From contig OX597814.1 of the NCBI GenBank assembly GCA_951406725.2, positions 496,001 through 560,000 of the forward strand: 64,000 bases of DNA, read 5' to 3'. Shown piece after piece: positions 50,650 to 64,000 of this stretch (position 1 is its first letter; each line of letters begins with the position of its first letter). The DNA comes from Octopus vulgaris. Its lineage: Eukaryota. The translations under genes were made by a program, and so were the position numbers. The notes under the pieces are model-generated. The model ran no database searches. It was not told the DNA's origin and worked only from the letters and a program-made list of their open reading frames with translations.

Positions 50650-50899
50650 TATGTTTACAAGGCCTGGACAGGTGTCTGCAGCCAACTAACAGGTCATGCA
50701 ACTCCAGACTGATGACGAGCAAGACTTAGAAACTAGTCCCTGGGTACAGGCTTAGCTGGAGGGGGGTGCTTGTCTCCCCCTTGTAAACATAGAAATGAGT
50801 CAAGGCCGACAGGAAGCGTTGATGCTTCCCAGGGCTAAATAGCAGTGGTGTGATTCCCTTTATGGGACTGTCATGTTAAGCTGACAGTATACAACTACT
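50650..50899 (+). mobile_element. Hammerhead-containing structured repeat (retrozyme-like), copy 2, core intact
   Basis: CTGATGA (50709-50715), stem II, GAAAC-TA-GTC (50729-50738), stem I CCAG/CTGG, and multiple further hairpins. Confidence 0.75.
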
Positions 50900-51354
50900 C
50901 TATCATACATCTCTCTCAGATATTTAGAAACTTAATATTTCTTTTTCTTTTTTTTTTTTAACTCTAGTTTATTTTCCTTCAATAATACTTTGCTAAAATG
51001 CTTTTTGCTGCAGTGGGTAGAGATGAGTCACTTGGGCAGCTTGGCTAGAATATGGAAGTAGAACTACTCTTCTGAGCTTACCCTATGCACACCACTGTTT
51101 CTTAATCTGTTGCCCTTCTCTACTCCATCCCCTGTAATCAGTTCACCACCCTCATACATTCACTGTTACGGTAGTCCTTTGCCTGTCCTCTTTACTAGAT
51201 ACCCTCGACATGCAGCATCAATGATACACATTCTCAAGTTTCTGTCAACCATCAAAGTAAGTTGAGGCTTTATGAAAGGAAAGCTTTGATATTACGCAGA
51301 CCATGTGAAAGAAGGGTCAACGGAAAGTCTGAAAACCAGCATCAACATTTAGGA

Positions 51355-51692
51355 CATCATCATCATTTAACGTCCGCTTTCCATGCTAGCATGGGTTGGA
51401 CGATTTGACTGAGGTCTGGCAAACCAGACTCCAGAGTTTCTACAGCTGGATGCCCTTCCTAACGCCAACCACTCAGAGTGTAGTGGGTGCTTTTACATGC
51501 CACCGGCACGAGGGCCAGTTTGGTGGTACTGGCAACAGCCATGCCCAAATGGTGCTTTTTACGTGCCACCTGCACAGGAGCCAGTCCAGCGGCACTGGCA
51601 ACGACCTCGCTCGAATGTCTCACGTGCCACCAGCACAAGTGCCTGTAAGGCAACGTGATGACGATCACGCTCGAATGGTGTGCTTAATGTGC
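51355..51692 (-). mobile_element. Family B (RTE 3' end)
   Basis: (CAT)n tail and tandem units. Confidence 0.8.
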
Positions 51693-52767
51693 CAAACTTC
51701 TGAAAAGTTCTTTGGACAGGCAAAGAGTTCAAAGTATTTATAACGTTTATTATGACCATCTAAATTTAGCATTAAAAAATCAAAACGATAAGGAAAATAA
51801 ATCTAGCAAAAACTAAAGAATTTCTTTCAACAGGGCTACGGCTCTGTGGTTGAGTTGCTCGTTTTGCAACCATTTGGTCTGGGTTCAATCCCATTGTGTG
51901 GCACCTTGGGCTGTCCCAAAACAACCAATGCCTGTGAGTGAATTTGGTACATGAAAGCTGGGAATCCATGTGTCCTTGACAACCAGTGTTGGTTTATTTG
52001 CATCCCCCATAACTTGCATCAGATTTTTATCAAACCACTGAGTACCAGACTTAAGTGCCAAGGTTAATTCATTCAATACATCAAGGCGATGCTCCAGCAT
52101 GGCCACAGTCCAGTGACCGAAACAAGATTTAAAAAAAAAAATTTCCTCACCAGAATTATCAATTTTCTGCTGAAGTACATGGCTTTGGTTTCAATTAAGA
52201 TAATTAACATTAAACTGGTGTTTGGGGCAAATTAACAATTGTTGATGGAATGTTTTAATTAATGTCACATTAAAACAGTTTGCATCATAAATCCAGAGGT
52301 GATCTTGGACAAGATGATCCTAAAATGGTCAAACTTCTAGCACAATTACCATGTAATTTCTGTTTTTCTTGCTGGCATGGGTTGGATGGTTTGAGAGGAT
52401 CCAGTGAATGACAGGGCTGTGCCAGGGTCCAGCATCTGCTTTGGCCTGGTTTCTATGGTCAGATGCCCTTCTTAATGCCAACCATGTTAAAAATGTGCTG
52501 TGTGCCTTTTCCATGGCACCAACTCGAGTGAAGTTGGCAAGTAGCTTGCAAGACAGAACAAGAGAAAAACCCTCACTCCTAAGTGGTGGAGTATGAGAGA
52601 GGGAGATGGCTTTGTGCTAAGAAGTACAACAGAGGGACCAGTACAGGGGTTTTGCAGTTGAGGAGATACATGGCTACCCCTGCATTATGTTAAGGTGTGC
52701 AGGAGTAACTGGAAAGAAAATGAAAAGATAGATATAGGCTGGTGTGTGTGTGTGTTTGTTTGTGTTC

Positions 52768-53040
52768 TACCAGTGCCGCTGGACTGGCTCCTGTGCAGGT
52801 GGCACATAAAAAAAACCCATTTGAGTGTGGCCGTTGCCAGTACCGCCTGACTGGTCCTCGTGCTGGTGGCACATAAAAGCACCCACTACACTCTCGGAGT
52901 GGTTGGCGTTAGGAAGGGCATCCAGCTGTAGAAACTCTGCTAGATCAAGATTGGAGCCTGGTGCAGCCATCTGGTTCACCAGTCCTCAGTCAAATCATCC
53001 AACCCATGCTATCATGGAAAGCAGACGTTAAACGATGATG
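52768..53040 (+). mobile_element. Family B (RTE 3' end)
   Basis: Tandem units and a GAT tail. Confidence 0.8.
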
Positions 53041-53882
53041 AATTGACCAAACCATAAGTTGCAGGTTTCCGGAGTTTTGTTAGCCTCAAACCAGCTTCAG
53101 TTGAGGTGGTTGATTAACAGCATTCCAGCCATGACCATCCTGTCTGTCTTTTCAGGTAAAAGTCTACATTAGGCTACATTATCTAGTTTTTAAACAGCAA
53201 AAAAAAACTGGTTTGTAAGAAGTTTTCTGAGTTGTTTGCAGTGGAACAACTTTTACTCTTTTATTTGTTTCAGTCATTTGACTGCAGCCATGCTGGAGCA
53301 CCGCCTTTAATCGAGGAAATCAACATCAGCACTTATTCTTTATAAGTTTTTATACAGAAAAAAAAACTGGTTTGTAAGAGGTTTGGCTGTTATTGCTAGC
53401 ATATCAAATGACTACATAGAGGCCCTCTCATTGACTTAATCTGCAACATGTATTTCAATAATTTAATTGGCCCACTGGGAATTACCCGATTAGAAATACA
53501 ATAGGTTTATTGGCCCATGGCCAACCGAATCCACATCGGCAACATTTGTATCATCTTGTTTCCAACTCCCCACTGCCAGGTTATTCACACAGAAAAATGT
53601 ATTTAGAAATATTGCCAGTCATTCGTTGAAGTCATTTATTCCCAGGACAAACAAGAATTTCATGAATAAATTTATAGATAGAAAAGGTCGGCTTGGGAAC
53701 TAAAACGACGACGTCTGTGAGGACATGCTGGAGCAGTTTTGGATAATTAATTATTCAAAGAAAACGTCTCTATGTAAAACAGAAATGTTTGTTAATTCGT
53801 GTGGCAAGCATTAAAAAGCTAATTAGAAATAATTGTGTGGTGGGCATGGAGGGAACATTGGATGCCTGTCTAATATTTTAAG

Positions 53883-54236
53883 TGGTAAGTAGCTTGCTTA
53901 CCAACCACATGGTTCTGGGTTCAGTCTCACTGCATGGCACCTTGGGCAAGTGTCTTCTACTATAGCCTCAGGCCAACCAAAGCCTTGTGAGTGGATTTGG
54001 TAGATGGAAACTGAAAGAAGCCCGTCATATATGTGTGTGTCTGTTTGTCCCTCCAACATCGCTTGACAACCGATGCTGGTGTGGTTATGTCCCCGTAACT
54101 TAGCGATTTGGCAAAAGAGACCAATAGAATAAGTACTAGGCTTACAAAGAATAAATCCTGGGGTCGATTTGCTCAACGAAAGACAGTGCTCCAGCATGAC
54201 CGCAGTCAGATGACTGAAACAAGTAAAAGAGTAAAT
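53883..54236 (+). mobile_element. SINE family A (slightly 5'-truncated)
   Basis: Family A motifs. Confidence 0.85.
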
Positions 54237-54613
54237 ATGGGAGATAACTCCAGATGTGTCCTCAGGCCAATTTGTTCGACAAAACCCTTCAAGGTGGTGC
54301 CCCAGCATGGCCTCAGTCGATTACAAGGTGTGTATACATACACAGTTCTTGACAATGAGAGAGCATTCCTTAGTTGTAGAGGAATCTTCTCTGCTGTCCA
54401 GATATAAGCAGCCTGGGTGTTCCTAAAGAAATGCGGTGAAATACCGCTTAAATCCTTTAATCTCAAGCGCACGCGGTGTTTAGAGCTGAGCCTTGAGTGC
54501 GAGATTAACAGAAAAACAAAACTAAAAGGATTTAAGTTGATCTGTTACGGTCAAAGGGAGATAACTGAAAGATTTTAATTTATTTTCAATTTTTTTGTAA
54601 TACAATATGTCTT

Positions 54614-55018
54614 AGGCGGCGAGGGGCTGGCAGAAGCGTTAGCACGCCGGGCGAATGCTTTCTGGTATTTCGTCCGCCGCTACGTTCTGAGTTCAAATTC
54701 CGCCGAGGTCGACTTTGCCTTTCATCCTTTCGGGGTCGATTAACTAAGTACCAGTTACGTACTGGGGAATCAATATAATCGACTTAATCCGTTTGTCTGT
54801 CCTTGTTTGTCCCCTCTGTGTTTAGCCCCTTGTGGGCAATAAAGAAATAGGTATTTCGTCTGCCGTTACGTTCTGAGTTCAAATTTCACAAAGGTCGACT
54901 TTGCCTTTCATCCTTTCAGGGTCGATAAATTAAGTACCAGTTGCATACTGGGGTCGATCTAATCAACTGGCCTCCTCCCCAAAAAGTTTGGACCTTGTGC
55001 CAAGAGCAAAAAAAATAT
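54614..55018 (+). mobile_element. Dimeric family C SINE, CpG-intact
   Basis: Same dimer architecture as 20905-21305. Confidence 0.85.
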
Positions 55019-55075
55019 TCTATAAGTCATTCTACTTTGTTGGAATGTGAAATGACTTGACACATTCTAAACACT

Positions 55076-55719
55076 CATCATTATCGTTTAGCATCCACTT
55101 TCCATGCTAGCATGGGTTGGACGGTTCAACTGGGGTCTGGGAAGCCAGAAGGCTGCACCAGGCTCCAGTCTGATCTGGCAGTGTTTCTACAGCTGGAAGC
55201 CCTTCCTAATGCCAACCACTCCATGAATGTAGTGGGTGATTCTTACATGCCACAGACGCCAGTCAAGGCGTCGCTGGCATCGGCCACATTCGGGTGGTGC
55301 TTTTTACGTACCACCAGTACAGGTATCACAACTACAATTTCCATTTGATATTTATTTTGATGTTGATGTACTTGACTCAATGGGTCTCCTCAAGCACAGG
55401 AGGTCACCCTACGATCCAAGGTAAGCACAGCATGAACTGACTTCATTTGTCGGGTCTTCGCAGTCACGGCATATCTCCATAGGTCTCGGTCTTTCGTCAT
55501 TGCCTCTGTGAGACCCAACATTCGAAGGTCATGCTTGACCACCTCATCCCATGTCTTCCTGGGTCTACCTCTACCCCGGATTCCCTCAACTGTTTGGGAG
55601 TGGCACTTCTTTAAACATCTCTCCTCATCCATCCGTAGTACATGACCATACCAGCGCAGACGTCTCTCTTGCATGCCACATCCGATGCTTCTTATGTCCA
55701 ACATTTCTCTGTTGTCCAT
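55076..55719 (-). mobile_element. 5'-truncated RTE LINE: ORF2 C-terminus plus family-B 3' UTR
   Basis: ERRLRWYGHVLRMDEER...EGIRGRGRPRKTWDEVVKHDLRMLGLTEAMTKDRDLWR is a typical RTE ORF2 end, and is contiguous with family B. Confidence 0.9.
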
Positions 55720-56336
55720 GCATATAAATTCTCATATAAATTACTCACAATTCAAAACTGAGCACAATACCAGAAAAGTCTAAAATGGTTGATTGAGTAT
55801 TTTTGATGTTGAATAGGCATAGGCGTGGCAAGAAGTTTCAGCCTCACTGCATAGCACCTTGGGTAAATGTCTTCTATAGCCTTGAACCAATCAAAGCTTT
55901 GTAAGTGGGTTTGGTAGACGGAAACTGAAAGAAGCCACTTTGTATGTGTGTGTATATGTATATAGGCACTGGAGTGGCTGTGTGGTAAGAAGCTTGCTTC
56001 CCAACCACATGGCTCCAGGTTCAGTTCCACTGGGCACCTTGGGCAAGTGTCTTCTATTATAGCCATGGGCCGACTAAAGCCCATTTGGTAGACGGAAACT
56101 GAAAGAAGCCCATAGTATGCCTATATATGTGTGTGTGTGTATTCATTTGTGTGTCTGTTTGTCCCCATCTCCCAACCACTGCTTGACAACCGATGTCCGT
56201 GTATTTATGTCCCCATAACTTAGCAGTTTGGCAAAAGAGATGACAGAATAAGTACAAGGCTTACAAAGAATAAGTCCTGGGGGGTCAATTCGTTCGACTA
56301 AAGGCAGTGCTCCAGTATGGCCACAGTCTGAAACAA

Positions 56337-58012
<1,676 letters not shown>

Positions 58013-58355
58013 ATCATCGTTTAACGTCCGTTTTCCATGCTAGCATGGGTTGGACAGTTTGACCGGGGTCTGTAAAGTCAGAAGGCTTCATCAGGCCCAG
58101 TCTGATCTGGCAGTGTTTCTACAGCTGGATGCCCTTCCTAACGCCAACCACTCCGTGTGTGTAGTGGGTGTTTTTTATGTGCCAGGGGAGGCTGGTGACA
58201 TCCACGATTGGTTGGTACTTTTTATGTGCCACCAGCACGGACGCCAGTCAAGGCGGCACTGGCATCGGCCACGTTCAAATGGTGTTTTTTACATGCCACC
58301 GGCACAGGTATCACAACTACAATTTCCATTTCATCTTTTATTATGATGTACTTCA

Positions 58356-58424
<69 letters not shown>

Positions 58425-58425
<1 letters not shown>

Positions 58426-58820
58426 TAGCAGTATCGCCTGGCGTTGCTCGGGTTTGTTTCGACCCTTTAGAATTGGAATTTTTGAAAAGTAAAAAGTTTG
58501 CATTATGTAGCTTGTTATTCTCTTTAAGTGAACATTTTTCTTGTTGAAATACACCGAAAAATGACGACACAGCAGTAAAAAAATCGTAAAAAATAGGGAT
58601 TTTCATAGAAAAAAGGCACCTTTTTGATGTAAATAATTTTTGGTGTTAACATGGTCCGATTTGAATTTTTTTCTTCTCAGAAGGAAGAGCAAGCCTTCTT
58701 CTATCATATTCTCAATTTTGGTCAACTTGCATCAAAGGGTCTCGGAGGAGATAGTGTTAGCTGAAGGCTTACCAAACCTGCCACACACACACAGACAACT
58801 TCAGCTTCATATATATATAT
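58425..58820 (-). mobile_element. Non-autonomous Helitron-like element
   Basis: On the minus strand it ends with a GC hairpin (rc of cctggcgttgctcggg), a short spacer and CTAG|T. The other end has a (CA)/(TA) microsatellite. Confidence 0.6.
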
Positions 58821-59730
58821 TCCAACACCGCTTGGCAACTGGTGTTGGTGTGTTTACATCCACATAACTTAGCAGTTCAGCAAAAGAGAGGAGAACAGAC
58901 AAAGTACCAAGCTTTAAAAGAAAAAAGTACTGCCGTTGATTCTTTTGACTAAAAGTTCTTCCAGGCTGTGCTCCAGCATGACCACAGTCTAATAGCAATC
59001 AAACACAGGATACGGTCAATCCGTTGAGGTCATTAGCTTCCATCATATGACATTTTGAATTAGCTGGGGTTTTTTTTTAATTCCTTGATCTAAAGACAAT
59101 TTTGGGGACAACTCTTAAAGCTTGGCACAAATTGTTTAAAGTGGGTTTGGTAGACGGAAACTGAAAGAAGCCACTTTGTATATGTGTGTATATATAGGCA
59201 CAGGAGTGGGTGCATGGTAAGAAGCTTGCTTCCCAACCACATGGCTCCAGGTTCAGTCCCACTGTGTGACACCTTAGGCAAGTGAAACTTATTTCAAAAT
59301 TATAATAATTTTGGCAAAAATTATAATAATTTATAGCAATTTTGAAGAAAGGGAGCAAGTCAAGGACACTGACCCTCCACCACCACCACTACTTGAATGG
59401 CACTTTTTTTTTTACCAACCCACAAAATGTGAAAACTAGTGCTACCCCAGCAGAATTTGAACTCAGAATGTAAAGAGTTAGAAATAATGCCCCTAGGCAT
59501 TTTGTCCAGCATGCTCACTGCTCTAATAATAACAATCCCTTCTATCTTTGGCACAAGACCTGAAATGGTAGTGGGGGTCAGTCAATTACATCAACCCCAG
59601 TACCCAACAGGTATTTATTTTATCAACCCTTAAAGGATGAAAGGCAAAGTTGAACACAGAATGTAAAACCAGATGAACTGCCCCTAAGCATTTTGCCTGG
59701 CAAGCTGACAATTCTGCGAGGCCACTACCT

Positions 59731-60320
59731 TCATCATCATCATCATTTAACGTCCGTTGTCCATACTGGCATGGGTTGGACAGTTTGACCAGGGCTGGAA
59801 GGCTGCACCAGACTCCAGTTTGATTTGGCATGGTTTTTATGTGCCACCAGCACAGGTGCCATTTGGGTGACACTGGTATCTGTCACGACTAATTTTGCTC
59901 AGCTTGGTGGGTCTTCTTCTCAAGCACAACATAATGCCAAAGGCCTTGGTCATTGCATCTATGAAGCCCAACATTCGAAAGGAAGGCTGCACCAGACTCC
60001 AGTCTGATTTGGCATCGTTTTCTACGGTTGGATGCCCTTCCTAATGCCAACCACTCTGAGAGTGCAACAGGTGCTTTTACGTGCTACTGGCATGGGTGTC
60101 ATTTGTGTGACACTGGTATTTGCCACGACTGCAATTTTGTTTGGCTTGATGGGTCTTCTTAAGCACACAGGTCTCGGTCATTGCGTCTGTGAGGCCCAAC
60201 ATGCAAAAGGAACTCAGCCACTTTGCCTCCCTGAGGGCCAATGCTTGAAAGGTGTTCTTTACATGCAACCAGCACCACATCTGTATTTGGCTTGACAGGT
60301 CCTCTCAAGCACAGCACATC
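59731..60320 (-). mobile_element. Two tandem RTE 3' ends with ORF2 remnants
   Basis: (CAT)n tail and LGLTDAMT-like remnants. Confidence 0.7.
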
Positions 60321-60374
60321 GCCATAAGTGGCTTTTATTGTATTCAGTGCTCAGGGGCACTAAAACTCTCTACT

Positions 60375-60722
60375 TTCTTTTGCTTGTTTCAGTCATTTGA
60401 CTGTGGCCATGCTGGAGCACTGCCTTTAGTCGAGCAAATTGACCCCAGGACTTATTCTTTGTAAGCCTAGTACTTATTCTATTGGTCTCTTTTGCTGAAC
60501 TGCTAAGTTACGGGGACATAAACGCACCAGCATTGGGGACAAACACACACACAAACATATATATATATATATACACACACACCACGGGCTTCTTTCAGTT
60601 TCTGTCTAAAAATCCACTCACAAGGCTTTGGTTGGCCCAAGGCTATAGTAGGTGCCACGTTATGCTGTGGGACTGAACCCGGAACCATGTGGTTGGTAAG
60701 CAAGCTACTTACCACACAGCCA
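60375..60722 (-). mobile_element. SINE family A
   Basis: Reverse complement of family A. Confidence 0.85.
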
Positions 60723-61510
60723 GGAATGAATCAAGTAAAGAAAGAGCAGCAATGAAGGTCACGAGTAAATACATGCAGAGTACACAGAAGTACGTACAAG
60801 AAGATAAAGTGAACATTAAAGGAATCAGAATGAGGAAAGGATGAGCAGACATGCCAGAAGTAGGGTTGGTGAATTTCAGGTAGGAAAGAATTTTTGAAGA
60901 ATACAACAGTCTGACAGCTAACAACCAACAATTCTCAGCTTGAAAAGCGGTTTTCAAAAGTCATGGGTGCTATGCTGCATTTTTTTAAGTGGCAGAGGTA
61001 TTGAATATTGGACATTAACGTGTGTTTGTGGTAGGGGTGTGACTATGCGATTAAGTTCGCTTATATTAGGGCCATGACAGAAAACTCCATGCCAAACTCT
61101 CGTTGACAAGTGGGCAAAGAGCAGCACCGAGGTATTCTTTAGTCCTGTGTCATGGAGGACTCGATAACCTCCCTAGTACTGGTGCCATGAAAAATACACC
61201 CAGTACACACTTTAAAGAGGATGGTAAATGAATGCGAAAACCATACGCCCTTTAAGCTTGTCATGTCCCTCAGCCCTAACTCCCAAAAACATAGATACCT
61301 CTCTGGTGCTGGTGCCTTGAGAAAATGCATCTAGTGCACAGTATAAAGCGACTGCTGATAGGAACAGTATCCAACACGAAATGAGCAGCAGTTGATGAGA
61401 AGAGGGGCCTCCACCAATAAGTCCACCTACTGGAAGCTACTACACAAAGTACTTTAACTAACCATGACCCCCACCAGCCAATGGAGATTGGAAAATTCAT
61501 TACAGTGGAA

Positions 61511-61891
61511 CTCTTTACTCTTTTACTTGTTTCAGTCATTTAACTGTGGCCATGCTAGAGGACCACCTTTAGTTGAGCAAATCGACCCCAGTCCTTATTC
61601 TTTGGAAACCTAGTACTTATTCCATCGGTCTCTTTTGCTGAACCGCTAGGTTACAAAGACGTAAACACACCAGCATCGGTTGTCAAGTGATGTGGGAGTG
61701 TGTGGGGGGGGGGGACAGACAAATAAACACACATATATATATACATATAGACAACGAACTTCTTTCAGTTTCCATCTACCAAATCCACTCACAAGGCTAT
61801 AGCAGAAAACACTTGCCCAAGGTGCCACACAGTGGGACTGAACCCAGAACCATGTGGTTGGAAAGCAAGCTACTTACCACACAGCCACTCC
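61511..61891 (-). mobile_element. SINE family A
   Basis: Reverse complement of family A. Confidence 0.85.
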
Positions 61892-62111
61892 CCCAAAATG
61901 ACACGTCGTTCAGATCTCAATGAATTTTGTTGTCTTCTCCTGTCAGAAAATGGTTTTTATAACCTTTAATGTTGTCTTCCCTCCAGCCTAAATCTCCCAT
62001 ATATCATGCCCTGCTGTCTTGAATAATGAAGGGATAAGAACCCTTTTGATACACCATTTCTGCTGAAATACTCCGCTGTTGTTTCATTAATTTTCAAAAT
62101 AACAAAAAATA

Positions 62112-62482
62112 GGCGTAGGAGTGGCTGTGTGGTAAGTAGCTTGCTTACCAACCACATGGTTCCGGGTTCAGTCCCACTGCGTGGCACCTTGGGCAAGTGT
62201 CTTCTACAATAGCCTTGTGAGTGGATTTGGTAGACGGAAACTGAAAGAAGCACGTCGTATATATGTATATATATATGTGTGTGTATGTGTGTCTGTGTTT
62301 GTCCCCCCAACATCGCTTGACAACCGATGCTGGTGTGTTTATGTCCCCGTAACTTAGTGGTTCGGCAAAAGAGACCGATAGAATAAGTACTAGGCTTACA
62401 AAGAATATGTCCTGGGGCCAATTTGTTTGACTAAAGGCGGTGCTCCAGCATGGCCGCAGTCAAATGACTGAAACAAGTAAAG
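62112..62482 (+). mobile_element. SINE family A inserted in a family-E MITE remnant
   Basis: Family A motifs, with MITE sequence at 62038-62110 and 62483-62562. Confidence 0.85.
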
Positions 62483-63748
62483 AAATTTTGACGGAAGGCT
62501 TAAATCTAGATAACTTTAAAACAGGAAGTCTGTATCATAGAATCGTGGGTCAGGTGGATTAACGTGGTTCTAGACATACCCACAACAACAAACAAACGGG
62601 AGGGTCACGGCTGGATCAGAGTTTTAGCCGCGGCTGAAACACAACTGGTCACAATACCCGTTTTCAATGGAAAAGAATTCTTTGCAGCCATTTCTGACGC
62701 AAAGGTCACAGTTATCTCCCTTAGACAACTGGCGGGAAATAACCGACAATTGCCCTCAAATTACAACCTACAAACTTCCAGAAAAAATAAAATACAGACA
62801 CTGAATGGCTATACTTTTATTTGATTTCAGTCACTGGACTACGACCAGACTGGAGCACCGCTGTAAAGCGTCGATCTCAGTACTTTGTAGGGATTGACCT
62901 GCTGTTCGATAAATTAAACAGCAAATGTATCAGATTATATATAATCGAACTTTTGAAGGTTGTGACCAAGCATGGCTACAGTTCAATGAAACTACTCAAA
63001 TTATAAACAAAATCGTGATTATTTTATCGATTTTGAAAGAAAGAAAAAAAAATCAGTCGAAAGTAAAAGGAGGTAACTGAGTTATCAAAAGAAAATTACA
63101 ATGGAAAAAAAATGAATGGCTTCCATTGATTTTCTCACCCACCCGCATTCTACCCTTAAAGTTTTGTCTTCCAATTTCATTTACACCTAGTATTTCTCTT
63201 TCGGAATATGATATCGATCGCAGTACTTTGCTGGTTCTTTATTTCTATTGATCCTGCCAGGATGAAAGTCTGAGCGAACCGCCATACCCCCATCCGACTT
63301 TGTTTCCTCATAACTTCCAGAAAAATGGATATCTTTAAGTGAAATTTTATATAAATACGTTTCAGATAGTGTAAAGTCTGATTATATCGGAATTTGTAGT
63401 GAATTTTGTTTTCTTTTGGTGGGGGAGAGAAGTTTATGAAAATTCCTACGAGTGGGCTTTCAGTCTTCATAACTTTCGTCGGTGTTTTTTAATGAAATTT
63501 TCTATAAATAGCTTTCAATTGACGAAGATTACGATTATATGGGAAATTAATATAAAGAAGAAAATGATGGCCTCGCATAAAACACATACTAACACACGTC
63601 ACATGAAATTTCTATTAAAAAAATGTAATGCGTGTCCATATGTTTGTATGCGAGCCCAATAATTTTATTTCTTCTATTAAATTCCGATATAATCATAATT
63701 TACACCATCTGAAGCTTATTCGTATAAAATTTCATTAAAAAATACGTA

Positions 63749-64000
63749 GGCGCAGGGGTGACTGTGTGGTAAATAGCTTGCTTACAACCACATGGTTCCT
63801 TGTGTGATACTATAGCCTCGGGCCGACCAAAGCCGTGTGAGTGGATTTAGTAGACGGAAACTGAAAGAAGCCTGTCGTATATATATATGTGTGTGTGTGT
63901 GTGTTTGTGTGTCTGTGCTCCCCCCTCCAACATCGCTTGACATCGGGGACGTAATCTAGCGGTTCGGCAAATGAGAGACCGATAGAATAAGTACTAGGCT
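63749..64000 (+). mobile_element. SINE family A, internally deleted, runs off the window
   Basis: ggcgcaggggtgactgtgtggtaaatagcttg...gagaccgatagaataagtactaggct. Confidence 0.8.

Overview
Repeat-dense, AT-rich animal genomic DNA. The SINE/LINE families and microsatellite density look like Octopus; this is recognition, not a database match. One protein-coding gene is supported on the + strand: a 453-aa C3HC4 RING + zinc finger + low-complexity + coiled-coil protein (RNF41/RNF151/TRAF-N-like E3 ligase). Its RING domain is split between a short exon 1 (1700-1875, absent from the ORF track) and exon 2 (45189-46374) by a 43.3-kb phase-2 intron. The rest is nested tRNA-derived SINEs, RTE-LINE 3' ends, TTAA piggyBac-type MITEs, a Helitron-like element, foldback elements and microsatellites. 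Most notable: eight hammerhead-ribozyme-like motifs in four repeat families. They include a ~250-nt highly structured retrozyme-like repeat (two copies, 29.7 and 50.7 kb) and an intact minimal hammerhead in a Penelope-like foldback (42.4 kb). Several 100-220 bp local templated duplications are also present. Almost all other ORF-track entries are repeat artefacts.
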